Source: Oligoflexus sp.
GTDB lineage: Bacteria > Bdellovibrionota_B > Oligoflexia > Oligoflexales > Oligoflexaceae
Length of the DNA: 28,583 nucleotides
Reading direction: 5' to 3'
Assembly (NCBI GenBank): GCA_041736305.1
Contig: JBGSTX010000020.1
Span: 1 to 28,583 of the forward strand
Below, one piece after another: positions 1-8,792 of the stretch. The notes below the pieces were generated by a model that ran no database searches, had not been told where the DNA came from, and saw nothing but the letters and a program-made list of their open reading frames with translations. Each line of letters begins with the position of its first letter. Within the stretch, counting starts at the first letter, position 1. Made by a program: the position numbers and the translations under genes.

Positions 1-141
1 GAGTCGCCCGAAGGGACTGATAGAGCGAAGGGTAAGTCTTCGCCAACGAAAGAGCCCTAGCAATAGGTAAGAGGGGACGTTTATCATATTCAATAAGAAG
101 CCTTCGAATTTTCTGACGATGATCGCTGTAAAATCCCCACG
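1..141 (-). CDS. tnpB: TnpB exon 2 (C-terminal part, runs off the window)
   Basis: Joining 2014 to 141 gives CAT G|CG TGG GGA TTT = H-A-W-G-F. The frame stays open (YSDHRQKIRRLLIEYDKRPLLPIARALSLAKTYPSLYQSLRAT) to base 1. Confidence 0.75.
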
Positions 142-2013
142 GGTGAGTAGACAGAGGGAGTTTCACCCCTAGCCCCTCGCAAAACGGTGCGGGAACCTCT
201 CGATTCACACCGCTTCCATCAGTAAACATGAAATTGACTCCAATGAGCAAATAACTTCGGATTTTTACTGAACACAGATTTTAGCCAGTCTCGCGAGGCA
301 TTGTAATTCCGCTGCAGGGATTTGTATTTATTTCTAGCCCATTTCATAAGTTGCTTATCTATGAAAAGCGCAAGAAATTGCAATCTTTTTAGGTTGAACA
401 ACCCGTAGTAGTTCAACCATCCTCTGACTACCGGATTCACTTCAGACGCCAAGTCTTCTAACGACTTATCCACTCGAAATCCAAGACGCCATTGACGTTT
501 GATGATATTCCTCATTGATTTAAGGGTATCATTGCTGATCGCAGGCTGAAATTTCATAAAGAGGGTTTTATTTTTCGGGCTATACGTAAGTCTTTCCTTG
601 AACTCGTATCCCAGAAATTTGAAGGATATTGGCGCTTTGTTAAGCCTCTTACGACTGTCGCTGCAATAAATAATTCTTGTTTTTAGCGGATGAATTTCGA
701 GCCCACATTCGGCAAACCTTGTTGTCAGCTTGTGAAGGAGCATCTTAGCCTGGTTTTCAGATTTACAGTGAATTAAGCCATCATCTGCAAAGCGACACCA
801 CAAGACACCTGGGTGGTTGATCCTCATCCATTTATCAAATGCATAATGAAGAAAGAGGTTGCTCAATAGAGGTGATATACATCCCCCTTGTGGGGTTCCC
901 TTTTTCCGCTCTATGGTGCTTCCCCTGCAGTCCAGCATAGGCGCTCTCAACCATCTTTCGATGTAGAGAATAACCCATTTGCTATCAGTATGGAGTTTGA
1001 GTGCTTTCAACAAGAGATCGTGAGGAATTTCATCAAATAGACCTTTTATATCGAACTCTAGTACCCAAGAGTATTTCCAACATCTCTGTCGCGTCACAGC
1101 AATCGCCTGATGCGCAGATTTGTTAGGGCGATACCCATAGGAGTCTGGTAAAAATATTTTATCCAGATCTGACTCTAATAAATTCTTTACAGCCGTTTGT
1201 GCTACTCGATCAGAAACTGTCGGTACTCCTAAAATTCTTTCACCGCCGGACTTCTTGGGTATTGCCACAGCCTTAACGGGCGATGGAAAGTAACTTCCAG
1301 AGGACATGCGATTCCAAATTTTATAGAGATTTGACTTTAGTTTTGATTCGAATACCTCGAGGCTCTCCCGGTCTACTCCTGATCCGCCTTTATTGCTTCT
1401 AACCTGCTTCCATGCCTCCCATATTAGTCTTTTTGGAATCTCAAACTGTTTGGTTGACATCATGGTTCGTCCTTATTTCTAAGTTGACCATAACATTTCC
1501 CGTACTGACTCTGTCCCTTTGCTCCAGCTGAATTACCAGCCTTCATTGCTCGTACGGACAGATCCGCCCCATCTGCTACCTTCCCTACTATCAGCCTTGA
1601 TGTTTTTGCATCTTGTGCCTTTCGGTTAACATGCAGCAGGATGGTTCCCGTAGTTCCACAGAAGAGCCAAGATAAAATTCGCGCCACCTTTACACCGGAC
1701 ACCACTTGGCCAGTAAACAGATTCCCGCCAAATTTATCCCAGGGTAGGCATGCGACCCTGGTTTTGATGTCGTCGTCGGATATCGATGCGTTCATCAGTG
1801 GTTCACCTTCGTTCGCCTCTTTTATCTGTACCTGCCGTCTAATTTGACGACTTTTGCCTTGTTGCTCACGACCAGGAATTTTGTTCCAAGCCGCACAAGT
1901 TGGTTTGAAACCAGCTTCTGCAAGCCGATTTCGAAGGACCTACCTTCATCTCTCCTGTAGCTTTTGCAAATTCAAGTCACATAGTGACTCCTTCTTTTGC
2001 GCCTACGGCGCAC
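142..2013 (-). mobile_element. Group II intron, bacterial class D (RmInt1-like), 1872 nt
   Basis: 5' end GTGCGCCG at 2013. Domain V GAAGCGGTGTGAATC-GAGA-GGTTCCCGCACCGTTTT at ~181-216 has an AGC triad and GAGA loop. Domain VI ends ...CTACTCACC at 142. EBS1 CATGCCT (1752-1746) sits in a CAGGGT/ACCCTG stem-loop and pairs with the exon end AGGCATG (2020-2014). The 3' boundary could be 143, but only 142 restores a long frame. Confidence 0.93.
219..1463 (-). CDS. ltrA: Group II intron reverse transcriptase/maturase, no endonuclease domain
   Basis: Motifs NLYKIWNRMSSGSYFP, IPKKSGGERILGVPTVSDRVAQ, EFDIKGLFD, GTPQGGCISPLLSNLFLH, RFADD, and X domain NPVVRGWLNYY. 414 aa with no HNH tail. AAGGA RBS at 1470-1474. 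Confidence 0.97.
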   Translation of the reverse strand: MMSTKQFEIPKRLIWEAWKQVRSNKGGSGVDRESLEVFESKLKSNLYKIWNRMSSGSYFPSPVKAVAIPKKSGGERILGVPTVSDRVAQTAVKNLLESDLDKIFLPDSYGYRPNKSAHQAIAVTRQRCWKYSWVLEFDIKGLFDEIPHDLLLKALKLHTDSKWVILYIERWLRAPMLDCRGSTIERKKGTPQGGCISPLLSNLFLHYAFDKWMRINHPGVLWCRFADDGLIHCKSENQAKMLLHKLTTRFAECGLEIHPLKTRIIYCSDSRKRLNKAPISFKFLGYEFKERLTYSPKNKTLFMKFQPAISNDTLKSMRNIIKRQWRLGFRVDKSLEDLASEVNPVVRGWLNYYGLFNLKRLQFLALFIDKQLMKWARNKYKSLQRNYNASRDWLKSVFSKNPKLFAHWSQFHVY

Positions 2014-3586
2014 CATGCCTCGTTCCGCCTTCAAATTGAAGCCGTTCCGTCATCATAGCTTGCGACGGGAGGGTGCCTTGGAAGACTTTTAGCCCTTCGG
2101 AATATCCTTGGGCACGGCGAGCGATCGCCAAAGCGGCTTTCTCATGACTAGAAATATTGAGGCCCTGGTATTTGTAGGCTCCAACGAGACTCGTATAGGC
2201 TGGATTTATGGAAATCAGGCCGATACCCCGTGAGCGAGCCCGAGAACTCACGGCCTTATGAAAATGTGCGTAAGCGAATGCCGATAGAAAGCGACGCCTC
2301 TCTCTGGGCAACTCCCTCAGAGCTTTCTTCTTTTCTTCAAAATCTAAGTGTTCGATCACAATCGGTTTGCCGAGCTTATCGGCTTCGGCAGCTATCAGAG
2401 CTGAGATATCGCCGAGCATGGCTTCGGTCTGATGCGTACTAAGACCATCCAAATCGAAGGGCACAATAAAGCTGTCGACATAGTTCCCGCTGCGATCTGT
2501 CTCTGTTACTGCTATATGATCCGCATTAAGGTCGACTCCCACGGCTCCACGACCGATGTGAGTGCTGACCTCTGGAGCTGGAACGGCGAAGCTGGCCTGG
2601 AGATAATACGCTTTTTCGCCAGCGTTTTTGTTGTGGCGGCAAAGTAATCGATAGGCGACGGGCGAGACTGTTTTTTGATTCTTTTTCTTATCTTTTCCTG
2701 GTTCTGCGAGAGCTGCACAGAACTGCTCCCAAAGGTGACGCGGGAAACTTACGTGAGCTAGCTCCAGATGGGAGCCATAGGGGAGAAAGATCTTGGCATT
2801 AGGTAGGCGAAGCCTGAGGGTCTCTGCCTCGGGGTCATATTGAACGGTCTGATTGCCGGCAGTTTCGTCAGAAGAGCCGATGAAAAAGACCTGTGAGGAG
2901 CGGCGCAGGCGAAAGTCTTCAAGCCACTCGTGGTGCGATGTGAAGCTTGATTGTTCAAGATTGAACTGCTTCTTAAACTGGGCTTTTCCCCCGAAGCACA
3001 AGCTAGGGGCAGCCTTTTGCTTTAAGACAGCGAGTTTATGCTGAAGAATCCCGAGACGCCGCTTTTTCTGATGGATTACAAATTTATTTTGACTGATTTC
3101 AGCCTTGATCTGCTCCCGATGCTGACCTTTGATAGCGGCTGGCATAGGAGGCTTTTTTCGGGGCTTTTTAAGATCATTCGCCGCAGCTTTCCACGCCCTT
3201 ATGCGATCTTTGTAGGTCTCAATAGCTTTTAACTTCGCAGAACTCGCCTTAAGATCTTTTTGCAGCTTGCTTACTTTTTGTTCCGCGACTTTTATGCTGG
3301 TAGCTAGCTTAGCGATTCTCTCCTTTTTGATTTCCTCAAGGGAGGCTCGCTTTGCAGAAATTTCATTGGCCAAAGAATTGAACTGCCGTGCAGTAAGGCC
3401 ATATTCGGCTATATATTCTTTTTTAAGCTCATTGATCGTGCCTTTTTTTACCACTAGATCACGCCAAAGCCGATGTCTTATCTCTGCCATAAATGCGAGG
3501 AGTATCTCGATGACTCCATAAGCCTGAGGATGACTGAGCCTCGTCTCAATAGTTCGCGACTCTGTCTCAAGCTCGTCAGGCTTCAT
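2014..3586 (-). CDS. tnpB: TnpB-family RNA-guided nuclease-like protein, exon 1 (the ORF-track end at 2003 reads into the intron)
   Basis: RuvC-I VGVDLNADH, RuvC-II IVIEHLDF, INPAYTS, and HEKAALAIARR at the RuvC-III position. Directly downstream of IS607 tnpA. Confidence 0.9.
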
Positions 3587-4185
3587 GCGACTGCCTTTTT
3601 GCGATTCTGCTGCGATCGACGGCCATAGAGCCTCGACGAGAACACTGTCATCAGCTCAATTACATCGGCGGCCAGCTCTTCCTCGAAGTTTTTACTGGGT
3701 GCAGCTTCAATAATGATGACTTTTATTCCAAAATGCTCACATAAATCAAAGATAATTTCGGATCCAAAGCGCAAAAGACGGTCTTTATGATTAATAACAA
3801 GATGGGTAATTTGTTGCTGAAATATAAGCCGGAAAAGTTTTCTAAGGCCCGGCTTTTTATAATTTAAACCACTGCCCAAATCTTCAATGACTTCGAAATT
3901 TGCAAAATGCTGCTGGCAATAGAGGCTCAGCTTCCTTACTTGCGTTGCCAAATCAACTTTTTGATTGGAACTCGAAACTCGACAATAGGCGAGAGCACGG
4001 CATGCGCTCTTTTCCAAGGAAGGTTTTTTGTCGAAGAAACGTTCTTCAAGGTAGTGCAGGTCATAGCGCCGATGACCACCCATTGTTCTGAACGAAGGCT
4101 TCAAATAACCGTCCTTATCCCATCGGCGAAGAGTCCCAATAGATATTCCGAGTAGAGCGGCTACTTGACTGACTGAGAGTTGCAT
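3583..4185 (-). CDS. tnpA: IS607-family transposase (MerR-type HTH + serine recombinase)
   Basis: N-terminal VAALLGISIGTLRRWDKDG...GGHRRY, catalytic YCRVSS, DLGSGLNY, HKDRLLRFG, FSSRLYGRRS. Confidence 0.96.
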   Translation of the reverse strand: MQLSVSQVAALLGISIGTLRRWDKDGYLKPSFRTMGGHRRYDLHYLEERFFDKKPSLEKSACRALAYCRVSSSNQKVDLATQVRKLSLYCQQHFANFEVIEDLGSGLNYKKPGLRKLFRLIFQQQITHLVINHKDRLLRFGSEIIFDLCEHFGIKVIIIEAAPSKNFEEELAADVIELMTVFSSRLYGRRSQQNRKKAVA

Positions 4186-4539
4186 GGCCCTTGAATCCTT
4201 AAAGATTAGCAGGCGCCATACAAATGTATTAAATGATAAGATTTGTCAAGAAAATTTGAAAACTGCTTCAGCCCTCGGTTTCGAGCGCATAGATAATTGT
4301 TTGCGCAATCACATCCTCATCCTCGACGACTAAGACTCTAGGCATGTCTATAGCGCCTTATATGGTGGAGTGCCTAAGTTATGAGAGAAGAAAGTGTGAG
4401 TCAAGTCTCTGACTCACTGTCGTCTGCGCGATGATACTTTCTTAATGTCGTATTTATGAAATCTGCATTTGACTTCTTACGCGCAAATATTCAACTTGTA
4501 GGCAACTCAAGCGCTCAGCTCTAAAAATTTGGAGTCCAC

Positions 4540-5397
4540 ATGCTAAGCAAGTCTGCTCTGTTAACGTTTTGCGCTACTATCGCTGCGTCTCTCAGCTTCA
4601 CTGCAACTGCAAGCGCTACCCAGTCTTTCGCTATAATTGGCGATGCCGGGCTATGGAATGGCAACACTGAATCTGTCAGAGATTCGATCAGAAGAAACAA
4701 GGTCACGCAGCTAGTTCTGCCAGGAGACAATGTATACTGGGGAACTTATGATCAACAATGGAAAGCGTGGACTGGTTTTGATTTCTCGGTCGTAGCCATC
4801 GGTAACCATAACAATGGCTATAAGAGAGAAATCGACTACTTTAAAATGAGCGGAGAATATTTCAGTAAGACTTTCGCTGACGGCGTTCGCTTCTTAGTTC
4901 TAAATTCAGATAATGATAGAAATGTCGAAGAGCAACGAGTTTGGCTGGAGAAGGAGCTGGAAAAAGACAGCCCCATGACCTTTGTAGTCTGGCATCACCC
5001 GCCATACACAGTCACTAGCCTCCACAGATGGGAGGAAAAATACAAGTTTCAGGTGGCTATGCGCTCTATTCTCAAGCGCTATGAAAACAAGATTACAGCA
5101 CTTCTAGTCGGCCATGATCACATCGGCGCCTTCTACTGTCTCGACAAAATGCCTATGATTGTGTCCGGAGCCGTGCAAGAAACTCGCTTTCCAGAAACGA
5201 AGAATTACCAAGCTAACGATAAGGTCAACGTCAACGCTAAGTGGGTCTTCCCCTTCAACACTCCCGTCTGGGCTCGCCTTGATATCGAGCCTAATAGCGA
5301 GAAGTTTTCCGTGAAGTTTATTCGAGCCTCTGATGACAAGGTTCTCTTTTCGAGCGAGCTGAGCGAAAATCCTCGTAAAAATATCTGCCAAAACTGA
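4540..5397 (+). CDS. Secreted calcineurin-like metallophosphoesterase (purple acid phosphatase-like)
   Basis: Signal peptide. Metal motifs IGDAG, PGDNVY, IGNHN, WHHPPY, GHDH. GGAG RBS. Confidence 0.88.
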   Translation: MLSKSALLTFCATIAASLSFTATASATQSFAIIGDAGLWNGNTESVRDSIRRNKVTQLVLPGDNVYWGTYDQQWKAWTGFDFSVVAIGNHNNGYKREIDYFKMSGEYFSKTFADGVRFLVLNSDNDRNVEEQRVWLEKELEKDSPMTFVVWHHPPYTVTSLHRWEEKYKFQVAMRSILKRYENKITALLVGHDHIGAFYCLDKMPMIVSGAVQETRFPETKNYQANDKVNVNAKWVFPFNTPVWARLDIEPNSEKFSVKFIRASDDKVLFSSELSENPRKNICQN

Positions 5398-5744
5398 AAT
5401 TCAGCAGAGCAAGCTCATGGAAACGAGACACGCTTCTGAGTTAATCACAAACGCTGAACTTAATCAGATTTTGTGAGATTTGAAGAAGCGGTTATGGGCG
5501 CAGAGTTATGGGCGATAAAGAAAGAGGAAAAATGCCGAGAAGTGACGTCTGAGTAAAGCCTGCCTTATAATCGCGAAAGCGAGCTTCGATCTCAGAGTTC
5601 AAGCTCTTAGATTGCTCGCAAGTCAAAAATAACCACCTCATCTGGGCTGCTGCTTGAGATTGCCTTTGCCAGTCGACACCTGCAGCTGCTCCAGATGCTG
5701 TAAACGCTCAGTAATCCAATCCAAGCGGTCAAGCTCAAAGAGGC

Positions 5745-6179
5745 TTACTTACCAAACTGCCGTACATACTGGACAACGTTCTTAATTTCGTCATCAGGTA
5801 TTGCCGCACCCCAAGGAGCCATGGAGGCGCTGAGTCCAACAGCGGGGCCGCCTTCTTTAATCACTTTGAAAATATGGCCATCATCAACCTTAGCCTGCCA
5901 GTCTTTCTCGTGGAAGTTGCGCGGCCTCGGATTGAGAGCCAAAGCGCTAGGTCCATCGGCTTTGCCATCGATTCCGTGGCACGCTGCACAGTAGGTCTCG
6001 TAGGTCTGCTTGCCGGGTGCTGCAGCCACTGCCGCGCCGCCGGTACCCTTCTTAGCTTCTTCCTGCTTGGCTAGGAAAGCCTGAAAATCCTGCTTGGGAT
6101 TGTAATCCGCGGGGGTATTCCAGTCACAGCCCGCTAAGGCCAAAGTGGCAAGGGTAACTGCGGCAAGTCTCGATCTCAT
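5745..6179 (-). CDS. Monoheme c-type cytochrome lipoprotein
   Basis: Lipobox LAGC, heme motif CAACH, and distal Met in SMAPW. Confidence 0.92.
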   Translation of the reverse strand: MRSRLAAVTLATLALAGCDWNTPADYNPKQDFQAFLAKQEEAKKGTGGAAVAAAPGKQTYETYCAACHGIDGKADGPSALALNPRPRNFHEKDWQAKVDDGHIFKVIKEGGPAVGLSASMAPWGAAIPDDEIKNVVQYVRQFGK

Positions 6180-6601
6180 GCATGCTCCAAAATATGCGAC
6201 TGCAGGTTCTTCTAACCTTTTGACATCCCGATGTGGTGCCCAGAAGGGGCCATCTTTCGCAGGTTTGCCATGAAGTTTTTAACATTCCTTACCTACGCTG
6301 ACAAGTCTGAGCTTGCTTGTATAGCTGGCTCTGGAGCTCAACTGTCCGAGCATGAGACAAGGTGTGAAGGCGTGGCGCAACTTGGGCTAGGTGAAAAAAT
6401 TGCACGCAAAACTTGGCACGCAGAGGACGAAAAGCTTATCATAGCCGAAGAAGCGCGCCCGGCGCCTCATAGCTTTTTTAAAAAAGCGTAAGAATCCGTG
6501 GATAAGTTTGCAGACAATGACGCTACGCGCTAGCTTTGATAGCGTAAAGTCACCAGGTCCATAACCACTGATTTAACCTTCATATAAGAAGGCTTTGCTC
6601 T

Positions 6602-8788
6602 ATGCGTGCCACAGCTTCCATTCGGCCACGCGAGACGATACAGGACTTCGACGTGACTGCCGCCGTCCTCTATCTCGTCAGCTGGTCGCTCCTCGATCTT
6701 TTGCTCTATTTTCAACATCCTCTTGGTACGATCGCCCCCTGGTATGCGTCCCATGCTTTGAGTCTCGCCTTCCTCGCATTTTTGGGTCTCCGCTTCTGGC
6801 CACTTATATTTCTAGGTTCCTTTCTCAACGGCTACTTCCTCTGGTTCGACGGCCGCGTTGTGCCGGTGACGCTGCTAGCTATTGCCCTGGCGGGAGCTTA
6901 TGGAGCCTTCGCCGTATTCTGGGAAAATTGCCAGCAGCGCTACCCGAAGAGTCTCAAGCTCGGTCCACTCTTTGTCGGTCTCTCGCTTGTTCTGACGTTT
7001 TCGGTCGCCGGTGCTGCTTTTCTCATTCTTTCGCGCGACAGCCTCATCAGTACTCCACACGCCCTCAGCTGGATAGCCCATCTTGCGATTCGAGACAGTC
7101 TCGATATCTGGTTTTTCTACCCCTTCGCAATTTCCTGTCTCATGCCGCTGGGGCGTCGTCTGATTTTCGCTCAGGACGAAGCACCAGAGCCTAAGCTGGC
7201 CTCCCTGCAAAATCAACTGCTGCCCGGCAAAGCCGGTACGGGTGCGCTCGTTCTGCTCTCTTTGAGCCCTATCCTCGCATGGTCTCTGCACAACACCTGG
7301 ACCTTTCATTTCCCTCTCTACTTTGCTCTCATCCCCCTCCTCGCACTGACTCTGCTCTTTGGATTTCCAGGGGCAGCCGCAGGAGTGTACGGACTCTATG
7401 CGCTCTTCTATCCGGAGATCGTACCCGATGGTACGAGCTGGTTGAGTGAGGCTATGGTGATCCTGATGATTATGGCCGCTAGTTGCTTTACCCTGGCCCA
7501 CCTGCTGCAACAGCAGCGACACCTGGTGAAAGAACGCTTGGCTGAACTCGAGAAAAAGCAGGCGGACCTCCAGAAAGGGCTGCAAAATTCAGAAACTTCG
7601 CGGCAACAGATGCAGCAGCTGCACGAGAACATCGAACGCATGATTCTGCGCTCCTCGCAAGAGATGCGCACACCGCTCACACCTATCTTCATCTGGGCTC
7701 AGATGCTGCGCGAGTCGACCAATCGCAAGACTGTCGTCGAAGCATCGAATGCCATTCAGGAAAATATCGAGCGGCAAACCCGATTGCTCGATGAGTTGAA
7801 CGATACTCTGCGCCTCAGCACTGGTAAGTTGAAGCTCAAGATCGAGACCGTAGAACTCAACAGTCTCTTGCAGCATATCGTAGGTACGCTGCGACCTTTG
7901 GCCGAGCAAAAATCTTTGCGCATCTTCGTGGGCCCTGAGACGAGTCCCGAGTATGTGCTGGCAGACAAGGAGCATTTGCAAGCGGCTTTGACTAAGCTGC
8001 TCGATCATATCCTTCGCTACGGTCAGGCCGGCTCTTCGATTTCGATCATCTTCTCCCGACAACACCACGAGACCCTCCTGCATATCAAGCACGTGGGTTA
8101 TGGGCCTGATCAGAAAAACGTTCTGCAGTTGCTCAATGCCGGGGCCGGTATGGACGAGGAAAGTTTCCTTACCGCCGCCAACTTCGATCTGGGTCTCTAC
8201 GTGGCGCGCAAGCTCATTGAAATGCAAGGTGGCTATCTGACAGCTGCCAGCCTGCAACCCAAACCCGGCATGCTCTTCTCTCTCACGCTGCGCAAAGCCA
8301 ATGCGCGTAGCACAGCGCATATGCCGCCACCTTCGAACATTCCTCTAGCTGTTGAAGAGTTGAGCACCGCGCCCTTGCAGCTCTTGCCACCTTATTGGCA
8401 GAATCAGCATTTACTGATCGTTGAAGACGATCCATTTACGCTGACTCTCCTCGAGCAGGTGCTGCAGGCTGAAGGTCTTAAAACGGTCGCCTGTCTCAAT
8501 TCCACGCTGGCGCTCGAAGCTTTCCACCGGGTGCAGCCGGCGCTCGTCATAGCCGATCTCGGCTTGCCCGACATGAATGGATTCGAACTGATTCGTCGCT
8601 TTAAGAAAACCGCTAGGCGTGATTTCATTGCCATTGCCTTCTCAGCGTGCGTATCCCCGGAAGCGCAGACTAAGGCCGTGGAGGCTGGTTTTTCAGCCTT
8701 TTTGGCCAAACCCCTGCAAGTTAAGGAATTACTGCAGACCCTGGATCAGCTTTTGGCCCAGGCGCCTCCTGAAGTGAAACGGGGCTGA
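6602..8788 (+). CDS. Membrane hybrid sensor protein (MASE1-like TM region, degenerate HisKA/HATPase, receiver domain)
   Basis: Multi-TM N-terminus and coiled coil. H-box position reads SQEMRTPL. C-terminal receiver has IVEDD, IADLGLPDMNG and LAKP. Confidence 0.85.
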   Translation: MRATASIRPRETIQDFDVTAAVLYLVSWSLLDLLLYFQHPLGTIAPWYASHALSLAFLAFLGLRFWPLIFLGSFLNGYFLWFDGRVVPVTLLAIALAGAYGAFAVFWENCQQRYPKSLKLGPLFVGLSLVLTFSVAGAAFLILSRDSLISTPHALSWIAHLAIRDSLDIWFFYPFAISCLMPLGRRLIFAQDEAPEPKLASLQNQLLPGKAGTGALVLLSLSPILAWSLHNTWTFHFPLYFALIPLLALTLLFGFPGAAAGVYGLYALFYPEIVPDGTSWLSEAMVILMIMAASCFTLAHLLQQQRHLVKERLAELEKKQADLQKGLQNSETSRQQMQQLHENIERMILRSSQEMRTPLTPIFIWAQMLRESTNRKTVVEASNAIQENIERQTRLLDELNDTLRLSTGKLKLKIETVELNSLLQHIVGTLRPLAEQKSLRIFVGPETSPEYVLADKEHLQAALTKLLDHILRYGQAGSSISIIFSRQHHETLLHIKHVGYGPDQKNVLQLLNAGAGMDEESFLTAANFDLGLYVARKLIEMQGGYLTAASLQPKPGMLFSLTLRKANARSTAHMPPPSNIPLAVEELSTAPLQLLPPYWQNQHLLIVEDDPFTLTLLEQVLQAEGLKTVACLNSTLALEAFHRVQPALVIADLGLPDMNGFELIRRFKKTARRDFIAIAFSACVSPEAQTKAVEAGFSAFLAKPLQVKELLQTLDQLLAQAPPEVKRG

Positions 8789-8792
8789 TATT

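Larger units (their letters stand above)
1..4273 (-). mobile_element. IS607-family insertion sequence (tnpA + tnpB) interrupted by a group II intron; right end lies beyond the window start
   Basis: MerR-HTH serine recombinase ORF overlaps a RuvC-containing tnpB ORF by 4 nt (ATGA). Left end estimated at the GG at ~4272-4274 (minus strand), next to an AT-rich block with ~10-bp-spaced motifs (4221-4260). The left-end coordinate is approximate. Confidence 0.85.

Noticed and set aside
2003-2013. tnpB stop at 2003 as the true C-terminus
   Set aside because: These bases are the intron's 5' end.
1460-2039. ORFs 1460-1795, 1641-1847 and 1854-2039
   Set aside because: They overlie intron ribozyme domains I-IV and have no protein motifs.
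1-4273. Classical IStron
   Set aside because: IStrons are group I introns containing the IS genes. Here a group II intron is inside tnpB.
4395-4419. Inverted repeat GTGAGTCA/TGACTCAC
   Set aside because: Only 8 bp and in a single copy, so no function can be assigned.
6231-6491. 86-aa ORF between divergent genes
   Set aside because: No RBS or motif recognised; the region is probably promoter DNA.
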